Shown piece by piece: positions 39,888 to 53,529 of a stretch of 64,000 nt of DNA. This DNA is from Octopus vulgaris (taxonomy: Eukaryota). Both the position numbers and the translations under genes were made by a program. The notes beneath the pieces are model-generated. The model searched no databases. It worked only from the letters and a program-made list of their open reading frames with translations, and was not told the DNA's origin. Location: positions 63,488,001 to 63,552,000 of the forward strand of contig OX597830.1 of the NCBI GenBank assembly GCA_951406725.2, read 5' to 3'. Numbering within the stretch: the stretch's first letter is position 1; each line of letters opens with the position of its first letter.

Positions 39888-42408
39888 TAAGGTGGTGAGC
39901 TGGCAGAATCATTAGCATGCTGGATAGAATGCTTAACAGCATTTCATCAATCTTCATGTTCTGAGTTCAAATGTCACTGGAGTTAACTCTGCCATTCATC
40001 CCTTTTGGAGGCAATAAAATAAGTACCAGTTGAACATTCGGGCCAATAATCGATTCAACCCCTCCCCTAAAATTGCTGGCCTTGTGCCAAAATTTGAAAT
40101 CATCATCATTATCATCATTATTATTGCTGTTGCTGAGTATTTTGTCCAGTGTGCTAATAATTCTGTCAGCTTGCTGCCTTGTGCCTTGCATCCGGATTAG
40201 AAGCCATTCTATTATCATCAGTTGAATTGTCTCGGCCTGGCCCCTAACCTTGTGTGGTTTAGTGCTTGTGTTAAAAGGGGACATTAAGAAGGGCAGCCAG
40301 CTGTAGAAACTTTGCCAGAGGAGACAATGGAAAGCAAGGCTCTCAGGCCAGTTGAATCCTTCTGAACCATCCAACCCGTGCTAGCATGAAACACAGGTGT
40401 TAAACGATCTTGATGGTGATGGTGGTGGTGGTGATGGTGGTGGTTGTGATGAGGCTGGTGGTGATGGTGATGATGATGAGTGTCTGGCTGAAATGGTGGA
40501 GCAATAGTATTAAGTTACAATTTACATTTGAGTTCAAATTCCACTGATGTCAGCCTTGCTTTTCCTCCTCCTGGTGTGGAGCAAGAGTCGATAAGAATAA
40601 AGTACCAGTCACGTACTAAGGTTGATATAATTGACTTAGTCATATACTAAGGTTGATAGAAAAAGGGGAACAGTTTTGTGCTGAAGATAAAAATCGTTAT
40701 TAAAGGGTTGGAGTGGTTCCTGATCAAGCATGCATTATTATTAATGGCATTCCAGCCATGGCCATCCAAATTTATTCAAGGAAATCAAGGGTCATGTTAA
40801 GCATATCCTTTTACTTTGTTTTTAACAGTAAATTTTGATTTGAGAGAGATTTGGCTGTTATTTTGAGCAGGTCAAGCAGCCACAGAGAAGTTTCTGCATT
40901 GGCTTAAAAGACAATGGTAGAATTGACAACAGGAGTTTTTTACCTCTTATAGTCAGGAGAGAAGGGTCGTATCTACCACCCATCAAAAGCCTTCCTAAAT
41001 TATAAGAGGAAGGGAAGGAGGTATTCTTAAGCTGGAAACCTGCCCCAAATTATTATTATTCAGGTGGTGAGTTGGAAGAATGGTTAGCACATTTGAATGG
41101 AATTCTTAGGGGCATTTTTTCTTAGCTCTTTATGTTCCGTGTTCAAATTGTGCTAAGGGCCAATAAAATGAAACACCAAAGTGTCAAGTACTGGGGTCAA
41201 AGTAATCACTTTCTCCCTCCCTTGAAAACTGCTAGCCTTGTGCTCAAATTAATCACTTCCCCTCTCCTCAAAACCGCTAGCCTTGTATCTAAATTAGAAA
41301 CATGATGATGATGATTAGGATGAAGAGGGCAGTGGATGAGTGGAATCATGAGAACACTGGTTCTCAACCATTTTTTATTTCTGGCCCCTTCTCTGTAAAA
41401 AACCATGTCAAAACTGACCTCGCCTGTGCTTGAGCCACATAAAAAGCACTTAGGCCACTCTGCAGAGTGGTTGGTGTTAGGAAGGGCATCCAGCCATAAA
41501 ATTCATGCCACAACAAACAAATAGGTATGGCTCAGGTTCCTGCCATGCCGGACCCTTGTCAAACCATCCAACGCATGCCAGAATGGAAGGAGGATGTTAA
41601 ACGATGATGGTGATGATGATGATGATGTGTATTTTTAGAATGACATTGTAGGGTAGGTGTGAGAGGCCAGATCTGTCTGGTCTGAAACATAAAACAGATA
41701 AAATATTTGGGTCAGATATGGTCAGTTTAAATGCCAAAGGGTTAATGAAATAAGAATAAGTACCTGATAAATACATTTGTGTGTTTGTGTGTGTAAATTT
41801 AATCAAATATGTGGTCTTGTGTCTCCTCTGCCGGAAAGCTATTCCAGGCCCACGTCTTCTCTCATTTTCTTCCATGTGGCATATAGATGAACATAAGTGT
41901 GGCAGTCCGTTGATTCAGCTTGTTGCTTTTTAAATCTGGAACATTCTACTGGAATCTGACCAAAGTAAGCAATTTGGTTCCAAAGGAAGAAATTTAGTAG
42001 TGATGGTGGTGGTGATGGTGGTGGTGGTGAAGATGATGATAATGATGATGGTGAGTGAATGGAGAGGAGGAAAAAGAAAATAAACAAATGACAAATAAAG
42101 ACCATGACAACAACAACAGCAGCAACAATAACGGCTACAACAAACATTCTGACACTCCATTAACCTCTTCACTTATAGAAGAAGTGAAAAGTGGTTGATG
42201 TAGTTGCTAGTTATAGTGGTGATGGCGGTGGTGATGATGATGATGATGATGATGATGATGTTGATGATGATGATGTTGATGATGATGATGATGATAAAGA
42301 AGAAACACTTAGGTTTTGTAAAACAGCCAAGAAATAATTTCCATTCTGGACATCTTTGTTTTTTTTTTCTTCCTCCATTTCTCTTTCTGTTTTCTCTTCC
42401 ACTTTTTC

Positions 42409-42447
<39 letters not shown>

Positions 42448-43811
42448 CATCTCCCCCTCTCCTTATTTCACTCTGGACTCATCTCTCTCTCTCTCTCTTT
42501 CTTCTTATTTCATTCTCTTTCTCTTATTTCATTCTCTCTTTCTCTTTGTCATTCCCGCTCTCTCCTCATTTCATTCTTTCTCTCTCTTATTTCATTCTCT
42601 CTTTCCCATTATTTATGTCATTCCCTCTCTCCTTATTTCATTCTCTCTCTCTATTCCATTCTGTATTCTCTTATTTCATTCTCTCTCTCTTCTCATCTCA
42701 TTCCCTCTCTCTTCTCATCTCATTCTTCTTCCTTCCCTCATTCCATATCTGACACTTTTTCTCTTCTTCCCTATCGCTCTATCATCGTTTCAGGACAATC
42801 AAGTTCTGCTGTTGATGGCATCAACTATTGCCCCCTCCCCTCAAAATCCCTGACCTTGTGCCAGAATCAGAAACCAGTATTAAGTCATATGCTTTACATT
42901 TTATAGTTGAATCCTACCAAACTCAATTTTGCATTTCATCCTTAAAATAAAATACCTGTTATGTACTTGGGTTGATACCATCGACTGTTCCTTTTTTTCA
43001 CAATAAGGGAAGCAATCTTGTGCTTAAGGTAAACATCATTATTATTGAAGGGCAGTAGTTGTTATTTAGCTCCAGGTCAACCTTGATTAAGTAGATGCTA
43101 TAATCAAAGGCATTCCAGCCATGCCCAACTTATCTTTTTCCTATGTGCAGAGAAAGCAAGGTTTTATTATCCATGCCTTTTTTTTTTTTCAAAAGTAGAC
43201 GACGATTTGAGTGAGATTTGGTTGTTATTTTTAGCAGGTCAAACAACCACAAAGAAATTCCTACATTGACTTAAAGGGTGGTAGTGGGGTGGAAAGCCTT
43301 TTCTCTCTGCATCACCACTCTATACATTGATAGGCCATTAAAATAAACACAACCGATTGTTCATTTATGAAATCAAATAAAGTTATGTAGAAAAATACTA
43401 TTTACAGGTGTGACTGTGTGGAAAGAAGCTTGCTTCCCAACCACATGGCTCAAGGTTCAGTCCCACTTTGTGGCACTTCACACAAGTGTCTTCTACTATA
43501 GTCTTAGTCCAGCCAAAGCCTTTTGAATGGATTTGATAGACAGAAACTGAAAAAAGCCTGTCATATATGTGTATTATATATATCTATGTGCGTGTATGTG
43601 TCTTTGTTTGTCCTTCACCACTGCTTGACAACCAGTGTTGGTGTGTTTACATCTCTGTAACCTAGGAGTTTCAGCAAAAACAAACTTATAGAATAAGTAC
43701 CAGACTTTGAAAAAAGTAAGTACTAGGGTTGACACATTCGACTAAAAGCCCCAGAATGGCCACAGTCTAATGGCTGAAACTAGTAAAAGTCGAAAGATGA
43801 CTGGTAATTGT

Positions 43812-44180
43812 TGTCATGACAACAATGCTTTTCTCAACACGTGACATACCAGTTAAAACAATTGTCTGCACTTCTTACAAGGATGGTAAGCCAGAGATCA
43901 TTCTTAGACAATCTCCGGTTCTTTTTATCATCGTTCCAAGTGCTCTTACAACCACAGGCATTGTAACCACTTTGAGATGCCATATTTTTTTGATTTCAAT
44001 GAGAAAATCTTAATATGTTTTGAGCTTGTCAAATTCTTTTGCCAAGATATGATCACAAGGAATGCTCATGTCGATCAATAAGCAAGACTTTATAATGCTG
44101 GTTTCTTACAATAATATCTGATGTATTAGCTTTGATCAGTCTGTCTGTATGTAATGGACAGTCCCAAATAATCATTACAT
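43812..44180 (-). pseudogene. R4/Dong-like restriction-like endonuclease domain remnant
   Basis: IIWDCPLHTDRLIKANTSDII...LIDMSIPCD...KEFDKLKTY...EIKKIW...MPVVVRALG matches the RLE domain pattern. Confidence 0.85.
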
Positions 44181-44423
44181 TTTTTTTTTCTATTATCATC
44201 ATTAATAAGGCGGCAAGATGGCAAAAATGTTAGCACACCAGGTGAAATGCTTAGAGGTATTTCGTTTGTCTTTATGTTCTGAGTTCAAATTTTGCCAAGG
44301 TTGTTTTTGCCTTTCATCCATTCGGGGTCGATAAATTAAGTACCAGTTGCATACTGAGGTTGATCTAATCGACTGGCTCCCACCCCAAAAAATTTCAGGT
44401 CTTGTGCCGAGAATAGAAAAGAC

Positions 44424-44473
<50 letters not shown>

Positions 44474-44476
<3 letters not shown>

Positions 44477-44672
44477 TATGTTTGACTTTTGCTTTATATT
44501 TGTACAAGTTGGCTCCAAGTCTCACCCAGAGACCTGAAGAGACAACAGGTTGGAAGTTCACGTTGTTGTTATGCCTAGTGTGCCATATATTTGGTTTTTT
44601 TTTTGGTGTTGTACTAGTGAATGTCTAATAAATAAATTTAAAAAAAAAAAAAGTTTGTTTTAAACCTTGAGA
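44474..44672 (-). mobile_element. Probable non-LTR element 3' end in an (AAT)n tract (Dong-like)
   Basis: Unique-looking segment ending aaagtcaaacatag(AAT)n on the minus strand, with (AAT)n on both sides. Confidence 0.4.
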
Positions 44673-45438
44673 TTATTATTATTATTATCATCATCATCAT
44701 CATCATTACTAAGGCAGTGAGCTGGCAGAATCATTAGCATGCCGGATGAAATGCTTAGCAGTATTTCACTGATCACTATGTTCTGAGTTCAAATTCCACC
44801 GAGGTCGACATTACTTTTCATCCTTTTGAGGTTGCTAAAATAAGTACCAGTGAAATACTGGGGTCAATGTAATCGACTTATTCCCTCTCCTAAAAATTGC
44901 TGCCTTTGTGGCAAAATTTGAAGCCATTATCATTATTATTATTATAATTAAGGTGGTGAGCTGGCAGAATCATTAGCAGACCAGGCAAAATGCTTAGCAG
45001 TATTTCGTCTGCCGCTAAGTTCTGAATTCAAATTCCACTGGGGTTAACTTTGCTTTACATCCTTTCGGGGTCAATAAATTAAGGACCAGCCAAGTACTGG
45101 GGTTGATGTGATTGACTTCCCCCACCCCAACTCTCAAAATTTCAAACCTTGTGCTTTTAGTAGAAAGTATTATTAATATTATTATTATTATTATTATTGC
45201 TCAAGGAGACCTATTGAGTCAAGTACATCAACATCAAAATAAATATGAAATGGAAATTGTAGTTGTGATACCTGTGCCAGTGGCACATGAAAGGCACCAA
45301 CCGAATGTGGCCGATGCCAGCGCCGCCTTGACTGGCTTCTGTGCCAGTGACACGTAAAAAGCACCAACTGATCGTGGCCACTGCCAACCTCCTCTGGCAC
45401 CTGTGCCACTGGCACGTAAAAAGCACCCACTACACTCA

Positions 45439-46058
45439 TGGAGTGGTTGGCATTAGGAAGGGCATCCAGCTGTAGAAACACTGTCAGATCAGACTGGAGC
45501 CTGGTGCAGCCTCCTGGCTTCCCAGACCCCAGTTGAACCGTCCAACCCGTGCTAGCATGGAAAACAGGCATTAAACGATGATGATGATGATGATGATAAT
45601 GAATGCAACATACAGTCCAGTTCAGGAATCGAGCACACTACCTCATGATTGTGAACCCAATGCTCTAAACACTGAGTTACGTGTCTTCACATGAGGATTG
45701 CACCTAAAGGGTTCCCCTCCGAGACACAAGTCTGGGCAAGGTTGTTTATGGAAGACCAGCCTCTCCTCTCCCCACCACTGATACTGTCCAAGGGAATGGC
45801 CAAGGCCAATACAGCTTGGCACTAGTGATGTCACAGCTCATTTCTACAGCTGTGTGAACTGGAGTAACATGAAATAGTGTCTTGCTCAAGAACACAATAC
45901 ACAGCCTGGCCCGGGAATCGAACTCATTACCTCATGATTGTGAGCCTGATTCTCTAACCACTGAACCATGCACCTTCACAAACTCTTATAATATAACTGT
46001 TATCAAAGCACAACTGCTTTTTATATTTTTTTTTTCCTCTCCAGCCCTACGCTGCCTG
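45439..46058. repeat. Donor copy of an inverted duplication (partner 55385-55995)
   Basis: Same composite (RTE tail, partial SINE E head, SINE E, about 75 bp unique flank) in reverse complement. Confidence 0.93.
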
Positions 46059-46604
46059 ACACCCTTAGTGACCCATCGATTCACAAGTCAACTGATGGGG
46101 TGGCAAGGAGGAGCGGTGTTGTTGTAATGTTTCTCCTCCCCTTCCCCATGCACCCCCAGCCTCGACCCCCCATCTCCCACCCCCCACTCTTTCTATCTCT
46201 CTCTCTCTTTCTATAGAACACAAGAGCTTTATAACCACAAGGAATTCCGTGACAACTAGTAATTTACTTTGAATGAAATGTATGGGGCGGGGGAGAATGT
46301 GTGGGGGGGAAGATTGGGGGTGGAGAGAGGATGTGGAGGAGGGTAAGAAGGAAAAAAAAAAACATTTGAAACTACAAGCAGTAAATAAATAAATAAATAA
46401 TGGTATCTGATTTGAATCTTTTAAGTTCTTTTTCTGCTTTTAATTTCCAGAAGTTAAAATTCATTTTATTTTATTTTATTTTATTTTTATTTTATTTTGT
46501 GTTTTAAGTTTTGGTTATTATTATTTATTTTTTTTTATAAATGTTGAAATTCTAATTTGAAGGCATCGGGCAATGTGCAACGTTGCTTAAAGTAAAAGAT
46601 AGCA

Positions 46605-46666
<62 letters not shown>

Positions 46667-46855
46667 ACACACATGCACACATATGTATGTATGTGGGTAT
46701 ACATTCATACATACACATATATACATACAAATATATATACATGTGTGTATATATATGTGTATGTGTGTATATATATATATGTTTGTGTGTGTATATATAT
46801 ATATACACACTGTATATGTTTGTGTGTGTGTGTGTATATATACACACTATATGTT

Positions 46856-46887
<32 letters not shown>

Positions 46888-48939
46888 CTGTATATGTTAT
46901 ATATATATATATATGGGATGGATGGGTGGGTGAGTGCGTGTAGTGTAACAGAGAGAGAGGGAGAGAGAGATAGTTGGCTATATAGGTTGATTTAGTGAAA
47001 CATGGATTAGTGATAGGGACAGATAAAGACTGGGGGTGGGAGATTGTGAGAAGCAGAGAGCGAGAAAGAGAGAGAGAGGGGGGTGGGGTTAGAGGTGAAG
47101 AGAGTGTGCGCATGAGAGAGAGGGGTGGGGTTAGAGGTGAAGAGAGTGTGCGCATGAGAGAGAGAGAGAGAGAGATAGTCAGAGAAAGAGACAGTGATAG
47201 TGAAAGCAGGAGGGGCAGAAATATTTAGAAATGGTGAGAGAAAGCGAAAGAGATACCAGAGTGTGGAGAACAGCATCATTTAGTTGCTCCTTCTGGGGTT
47301 TTTTTTTATCAGTTGTTATTATGTGATTCGAGGGAGATTTGGTTGCTAGTTCTGGCAGGTCAAGTGATCACCTATAGGCATCCTCATTAGCTCATTATTG
47401 CTCTGTTTCTCTTGATGGTTGTGCTGTTCTTTTTTTTTTTTGTTACTGTTGTTGTTGTTGTTGCTGATGTTGCCGTTAATGAGGATTGAAGTGACTGACT
47501 TGCATTTGCACCAGAAATCAGACAGCATTTGGTATCCTCCTCCTCCTCCTCCTCCTCATCATCATCATCATCATGGGTATCATCAATATCATAATCTCCA
47601 TTGTCCTCATAACCATCTTTACTCACCTCTACATTGTTGTTGTTGTTATTATTGTTGTCAGTATCCTTCTCCTCCTTTTCATCGATGTCTTCCTCATCTT
47701 CCCCTTCCTCTTCGTTGATGCTCTCCTCCTCCTCTTCGTCCTTACCATTCCTACTTCTCTTACGTCTTATGCTGTTATCATTTACGTCACGGTTGTTGGA
47801 GCCATTGTCGTTGCTGTTTTTGCTACTATTGCGACTACTGTTACCACTACCACCACCATGACCACCGCCACTGCCGTCACCACCACCACCACCACGTCAT
47901 CATTATCACGACAAATTGTGCATAGACACCCATGTGGTTGAGAAGTTTGTTTTGCGACCAAATTGTTCAAGGTTTAATGTAACTGTACAGTATAACGCTT
48001 TGTGAGTGGAATTTGATAGATGGAGACTGTGTGGAAGCCCATTGTGTGTGTGTGTGTGTATGTGTGTGTGTATGTGCGTGTGTTTTGGCAAAGCATAATC
48101 AATGTGTGAAACACAACAAATACCTTGTAGTGTTCATACTGCCCAAGTAGTACAGTTTCTCCATTGTCACTCACTCCTGACACTCAATGATAGAGTGAAC
48201 CGTTGATTGGTCTATTGGAAGCCTTTAATGAGCCATTGTTCACAAAATGCATGGCAGGATTAAAATGAAAGAGAAAAATTGTAAATATGGCATAATGTCC
48301 AAGTTTATTGTCCTTTGGTACCTAAGTTCATATATGTAATCATTTTATATACATTCATTTTGAGGAAATTCAGATTTTCAAAGAAAACAAATAGAAACTT
48401 CATGATGACCATTTTCATCATCAGCATCATTATCATCATCTTTACCATAATCTTCATTATTGTCAGCCTCACTGTTATTATCAATGTTATCATCATCATC
48501 ATCATTATCATCATCTTCAGCATAATCTTCATTATTGTCAGCCTCTCTGTTATTATCAATGTCATCATCATCATCATCTTCATCACCGTTGTTATCGTCA
48601 TCTTCATCACCATTAGCATCATCTTCATCGTAATCATTGCTATCATCATCAACAATGTCATTCGTCATTTCAATGCCTGCTTTTCCATGCTTGCATGGGT
48701 GAGATGAGATTCGTTGAGACAGATTTTCCTTGGACGGATGGTCTTCTTATCACTAACCTTCATCTCTTTCCAAGTAAAGTAATGTTTTCCCTTGGTCTGG
48801 ACATGTTTCCATGAAAAATTACAAATGAATGACATTGTCTGTATGGCAGCAAAGTTTGTTTACAATTGATTGTGCAATATCAAGACAAGGAGACATATAT
48901 ACACACTCACACACACGAGTCAATTACACATGTATGCAT

Positions 48940-49199
48940 TGTTGTAACGCAATTTGTTACATACAATAAATAAGATAACCAGACAACAGTAAAGACGATA
49001 TAACGAACTAACAAATCTCTTTATGAACCAACAATCAATATTCCTAACCAACCGACACTTCTGACTTTACTGCGAACTAACACGAACTTCACTCGACTCC
49101 AAACTCCGAACTCTCGAACTCACTCAGATTGTTACTATTTATACTTTACCCGGACTAGTCTATCTCTCGCAAGGGGGCGTTGTAACTCTCATCACAACA
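48940..49199 (-). mobile_element. Solo LTR, Gypsy-like
   Basis: TGTTGT...ACAACA termini, exact 4-bp TSD GCAT (48936-48939 / 49200-49203), TATAAATAG on the minus strand, CpGs retained. Confidence 0.8.
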
Positions 49200-50262
49200 G
49201 CATATAGAGGTTAAACCTTGTGAGTGGATTTGATAGCTGGAAACTGAAAGAAACCTGTTGTAAATATCAACATCATCATCATCATCATCATTACATCTGT
49301 TTTCCATGCTGGGATGAGTTGGATGGTTTGACATTGTCACTGTCATACAAGGAGTGTTGTTCATTTCCACTCTTCCATGAAAATATGTCCAGCTCTAGAG
49401 AAATATTACTTTGCTTTGAAACAGGTGAGGGTTGGTGGATGGGAGAGCACCCAGTCGTGGAAAATCTGCTTCCATAATGTCTATCCAGCCCATACAAGCA
49501 TGAATAAGTGGGCACCAAAATGATGAGGATGATGGAGATGATGATCACACACACACATAAGCAGAGGACAGGCTTCTTTTCAGTTTCCACACCTAATTTC
49601 AATAACTAGGCATCGGTCAATCTGCAGCTATAGAAGTCTCTTCCCCAAGATACCGTATGATGGGACTGAACCTAAAACCACATGGTTGGGAATCCAACTA
49701 CTTAGCCATACAACCATTCTGGCACCAGTTTGTCTGGATTCTCAATGTTTCGCTTGATTTAGTGTTACACTTTAATATTTATAAAGTTTTGTTACAGGTC
49801 GGCCAAAATGTCGATAAAAAATATGTCTTGTTTCTTAGACTAGCAGCTGATTCTTGCTCTGTTGTCTGGACTTTTAATTAAATAAAACACACACACACAT
49901 ACACACACGCACATATGCACACATACATGCATATAACACAAGCACACTCACACAAGCACACATGTGCAGATACATCTACATCAATATACAGACATACAAT
50001 TTATGCCTACAGACAGACACACACACATTCACACATGCCTATGCACATATGCAAGCACATGCATACACCACGAACAACACTTCCAGCTATGTGTGCATGC
50101 ATATGCACAGACATACACAAAATACATGCACGCACACATACAAATAAATGTACATCCACACACCTCTTCGCACACAGACACAAAGCAGAAACAGACACAC
50201 ACATCCACATTCAAACGTGCACATACACACATATCTACATCTGCATTCGCACATACATCCAT

Positions 50263-50304
<42 letters not shown>

Positions 50305-50465
50305 ACACAAGCTTATTTGTACACACACACACATATAAATACACACACACACATGTATATGCTACAAGCACACTCACACACACACACTTGGATACACATT
50401 TCATACACACACTTAGATACACATCTCTCTCTCTCTCTCACACACACACACTTGGATACATATAA

Positions 50466-50506
<41 letters not shown>

Positions 50507-51126
50507 TTTGTTTTTACATTCTTCAGTCATTAACCCATGGTTATGCTAGAGCACACCCTTCAAGAATTTTTAGGCAAATGAGTCGACCCCAAATCATTTT
50601 TTTAAGAGCCTGGCACTTATTCTATTGATCTCTTTTTCTGAACCACTAAGTTATAGGGACATAAACCCACCAACACCGGTTGTCAAGCAGTGATGGGTGA
50701 CAAACACAGACATAAAGACACATATACATACATCATCATCATCAGCGTTAACGCCTGCTTTCCATGCTGGCATGGGTTGGACAGTTTGACTGAGGACCGG
50801 TGAGCCAGGAGGCTGCACCAGGCTTAATCTGATCTGGCAAAGTTTCTACAGCTGGATGCCCTTCCTAACGTCAACCACTCTGAGAGTGTAGTTGGTGCTT
50901 TTATGTGCCACCGGCACGAGGGCCAATCAGGCAGTTCTGGCAATGACCATACTCAAAAGGTGTTTTTTATGTGTTACCTGCACAGGAGCCAGTCTGGTGG
51001 CACTGGCAATGACCATGCTCAAGTGTTGCTTTTCACGTGCCACTGGCACATGTGCTGGTAAGGCAACGATCACGCTCGAATGGTGCTTTTTATGGGCCAC
51101 CGGCATGGGAGCCAATTCATGGTCCT

Positions 51127-51186
<60 letters not shown>

Positions 51187-51242
51187 ATATGTAGAAGGTT
51201 GAAGAGTAACCCATGAGTTGATATGCATAAGGAAAATATGAC

Positions 51243-51545
51243 AAAGGTAGAAAATGCTAAAATAATTTTATCGTGAAGAACATTTTAGTACCGGTTTCTG
51301 TCTTTTTGACTTGTTCAACTTAGAGTAAAGCATGAAAAGCAATTAAATCGTGGAAAAATGAAATGAAATGCTTTTTAAAAATATTTCCATAGTTTTCAAA
51401 TAGGTCGGATGTTTTCCTTTTTTCTGTCCGTTTGTCTCTCTTTTACTTTTTACAATTTAATGATTTTTCATGAAAAAGTCAGAAAGATTGAAACTGGTAC
51501 AAAAATGCTCTTCATGATAAAATTATTTTAGCATTTTCTGCCTTA
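51243..51545. mobile_element. Inverted-repeat PLE-like element
   Basis: About 55-bp inverted ends aaggtagaaaatgctaaaataattttatc..gtaccggtttc; same family as the outer part of 60953-61802. Confidence 0.75.
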
Positions 51546-53300
51546 TTTTACTTTCATTACACACACACACATAATGTGACACGCCTCCCTCAGTTTCCTT
51601 CTGCTAAAATCCACTCACAAGGGCTTCGATCAGCAGCCTGAAGCTATAGTAGACTATAGCTTCAGGCTCAAGGTGACACATAGTAGGACTTGAACCTGGA
51701 ATCACGTAGTTGTGAAGCAAACTTCTTACCACACAGCCATACCTGAACCTTCTCATACAGCCACACCCAGATACATGTACAGTATCATATGTATACATTT
51801 GCATACAAACACATTTGTACACACCTCACACGAACATAGATACCTTCTCATATATATACACTCACTCATGCATCCACACACACACCCATATTTGTACACA
51901 TCCACATACATTCATATCTACACACATACCTTATACACACACCCACACAGAATGTGTATGTGTGTGTGTGTGTGCGTGTGTGCGTGCGGGGCAGAGGGGA
52001 ACTGATTCCACAGATTTGATTTGATTGGTGGAGGTGGAGAAGGAGGGAGGAGATGTAGGGGAAGAGAGAGGTAAGCATTGGTGGATGCGTGACAACATTA
52101 AGTAGGGAGAGGTAAGTGAATTTGATAGAGAGAGAGAGAGGGAGAGGGTACAAGGAGAGAGAGATAATGTAGAGAGAGGGGGAGAAGAGCGAGAAATAGA
52201 GAGAGAGAGAGGAGGAGGAGAGCAAGAAATAGAGGAGAGAGAGAAATAGTAAAAGATGAGTTGGGACAGAGAGAAAAGGACTTGAGAAGGGAGAAAAGAA
52301 GACATAGAGGAGGGAGAGGGGAGAGCAAGAAACAGATAGAGAGAGAGAGAGACAGAGAGAGAGAGAGACTGAGAGAGAGAGAAAGTGGGAGAAGATAGGA
52401 ATAGAAGGGAGAGAGAACAAAACGAGAGAGAAAGAAAAGAGGCAGAAAAGGGGGAAGAAGGAGAGAGAAATAGTGAGAGAGGAAGAGTGGTAGGGAGAGA
52501 GAAACAGAGAGTAGGGTGTATTGACCTGGAGGCTATGTGAGCTATTAAGCAGAGATCAATTATAGTATATCTCTATTATTAGTAGTTTTGTTTAATTAAA
52601 AACTACCACCTCCAACCCTGACCCCCACCAAGAACCTGTAGCTTTATTAATGAGTAGCTCTTCAGATCACCCCTAACCCCCAACTATCTCCCCACCACTG
52701 AGCTACACTTCCTTTCTTCTTCTCCTTCTTCTTCTTCTTCTTCTTCTTCTTCTTCTTCTCTTCTTCTCCTTCTTCTCCTTCTTCTTCTCCTTCTTCTTCT
52801 TCTTCTTCTTCTTCTCCTTCTCCTTCTTCTTCTTCTTCTTCTTCTTTCTTCTTCTTCTTCTTCTTCTTCTTCTTCTTCTTCTTCTTCTTCTTCTTCAGCA
52901 CCCCCCCCCTCCACCGTCTATTTGCTTGTCAGAAACTTTCTAGTAAGATTGACATTGAATCTGGGAGAATTGATTAAGACGGTTCTTATGTACCTACCAG
53001 GAAATTGTTATTGGAGGAGTGGACACCCGAACAAGTAACTAAATAAAGACCATAACAAGAGCCAATAAGTGAGCTTCTACATGGTCGTTTGACCTGGTAG
53101 AAATAACAACAAAATCAAAATATACCTCCAAATCCACCTCGCTAGCAGCTTAAAAGACAAAAATGAACCAGGTGGTGCATTGTGTTCATCAGCAAGATAG
53201 TTAATTTGATATTGGTGCAGGTGTAGCTGTGTTGTAAGAAGCTTGCTTCCCAACCATATGGTTCCTGTTTCAGTCCCACTGCATGGCACCTCGGGCAACT

Positions 53301-53529
53301 TATTTCTTTACTACCCACAAGGGGCTAAACACAGAGAAGACAAACAAGGACTGACAAACGGATTAATTCGATTACATCGACCCCAGTGCGTAACTGGTAC
53401 TTAATTTATCGACCCCGAAAGGATGAAAGGCAAAGTCGACCTCGGCGGAATTTGAACTCAGAACGTAATGGCAGACGAAATACAGCTACACATTTCGCCC
53501 GGCATGCTAACGTTTCTGCCAGCTCGCCA
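53301..53529 (-). mobile_element. Family B SINE (alternative tail) nested in a family A SINE, with 14-bp TSD
   Basis: TSD CACCTCGGGCAACT (53287-53300) / CACCTTGGGCAACT (53530-53543); the host SINE spans about 53215-53870. Confidence 0.9.

Noticed and set aside
42795-42880. Exon after the long pyrimidine tract at 42350-42790
   Set aside because: The downstream sequence is a decayed family B SINE 3' end.
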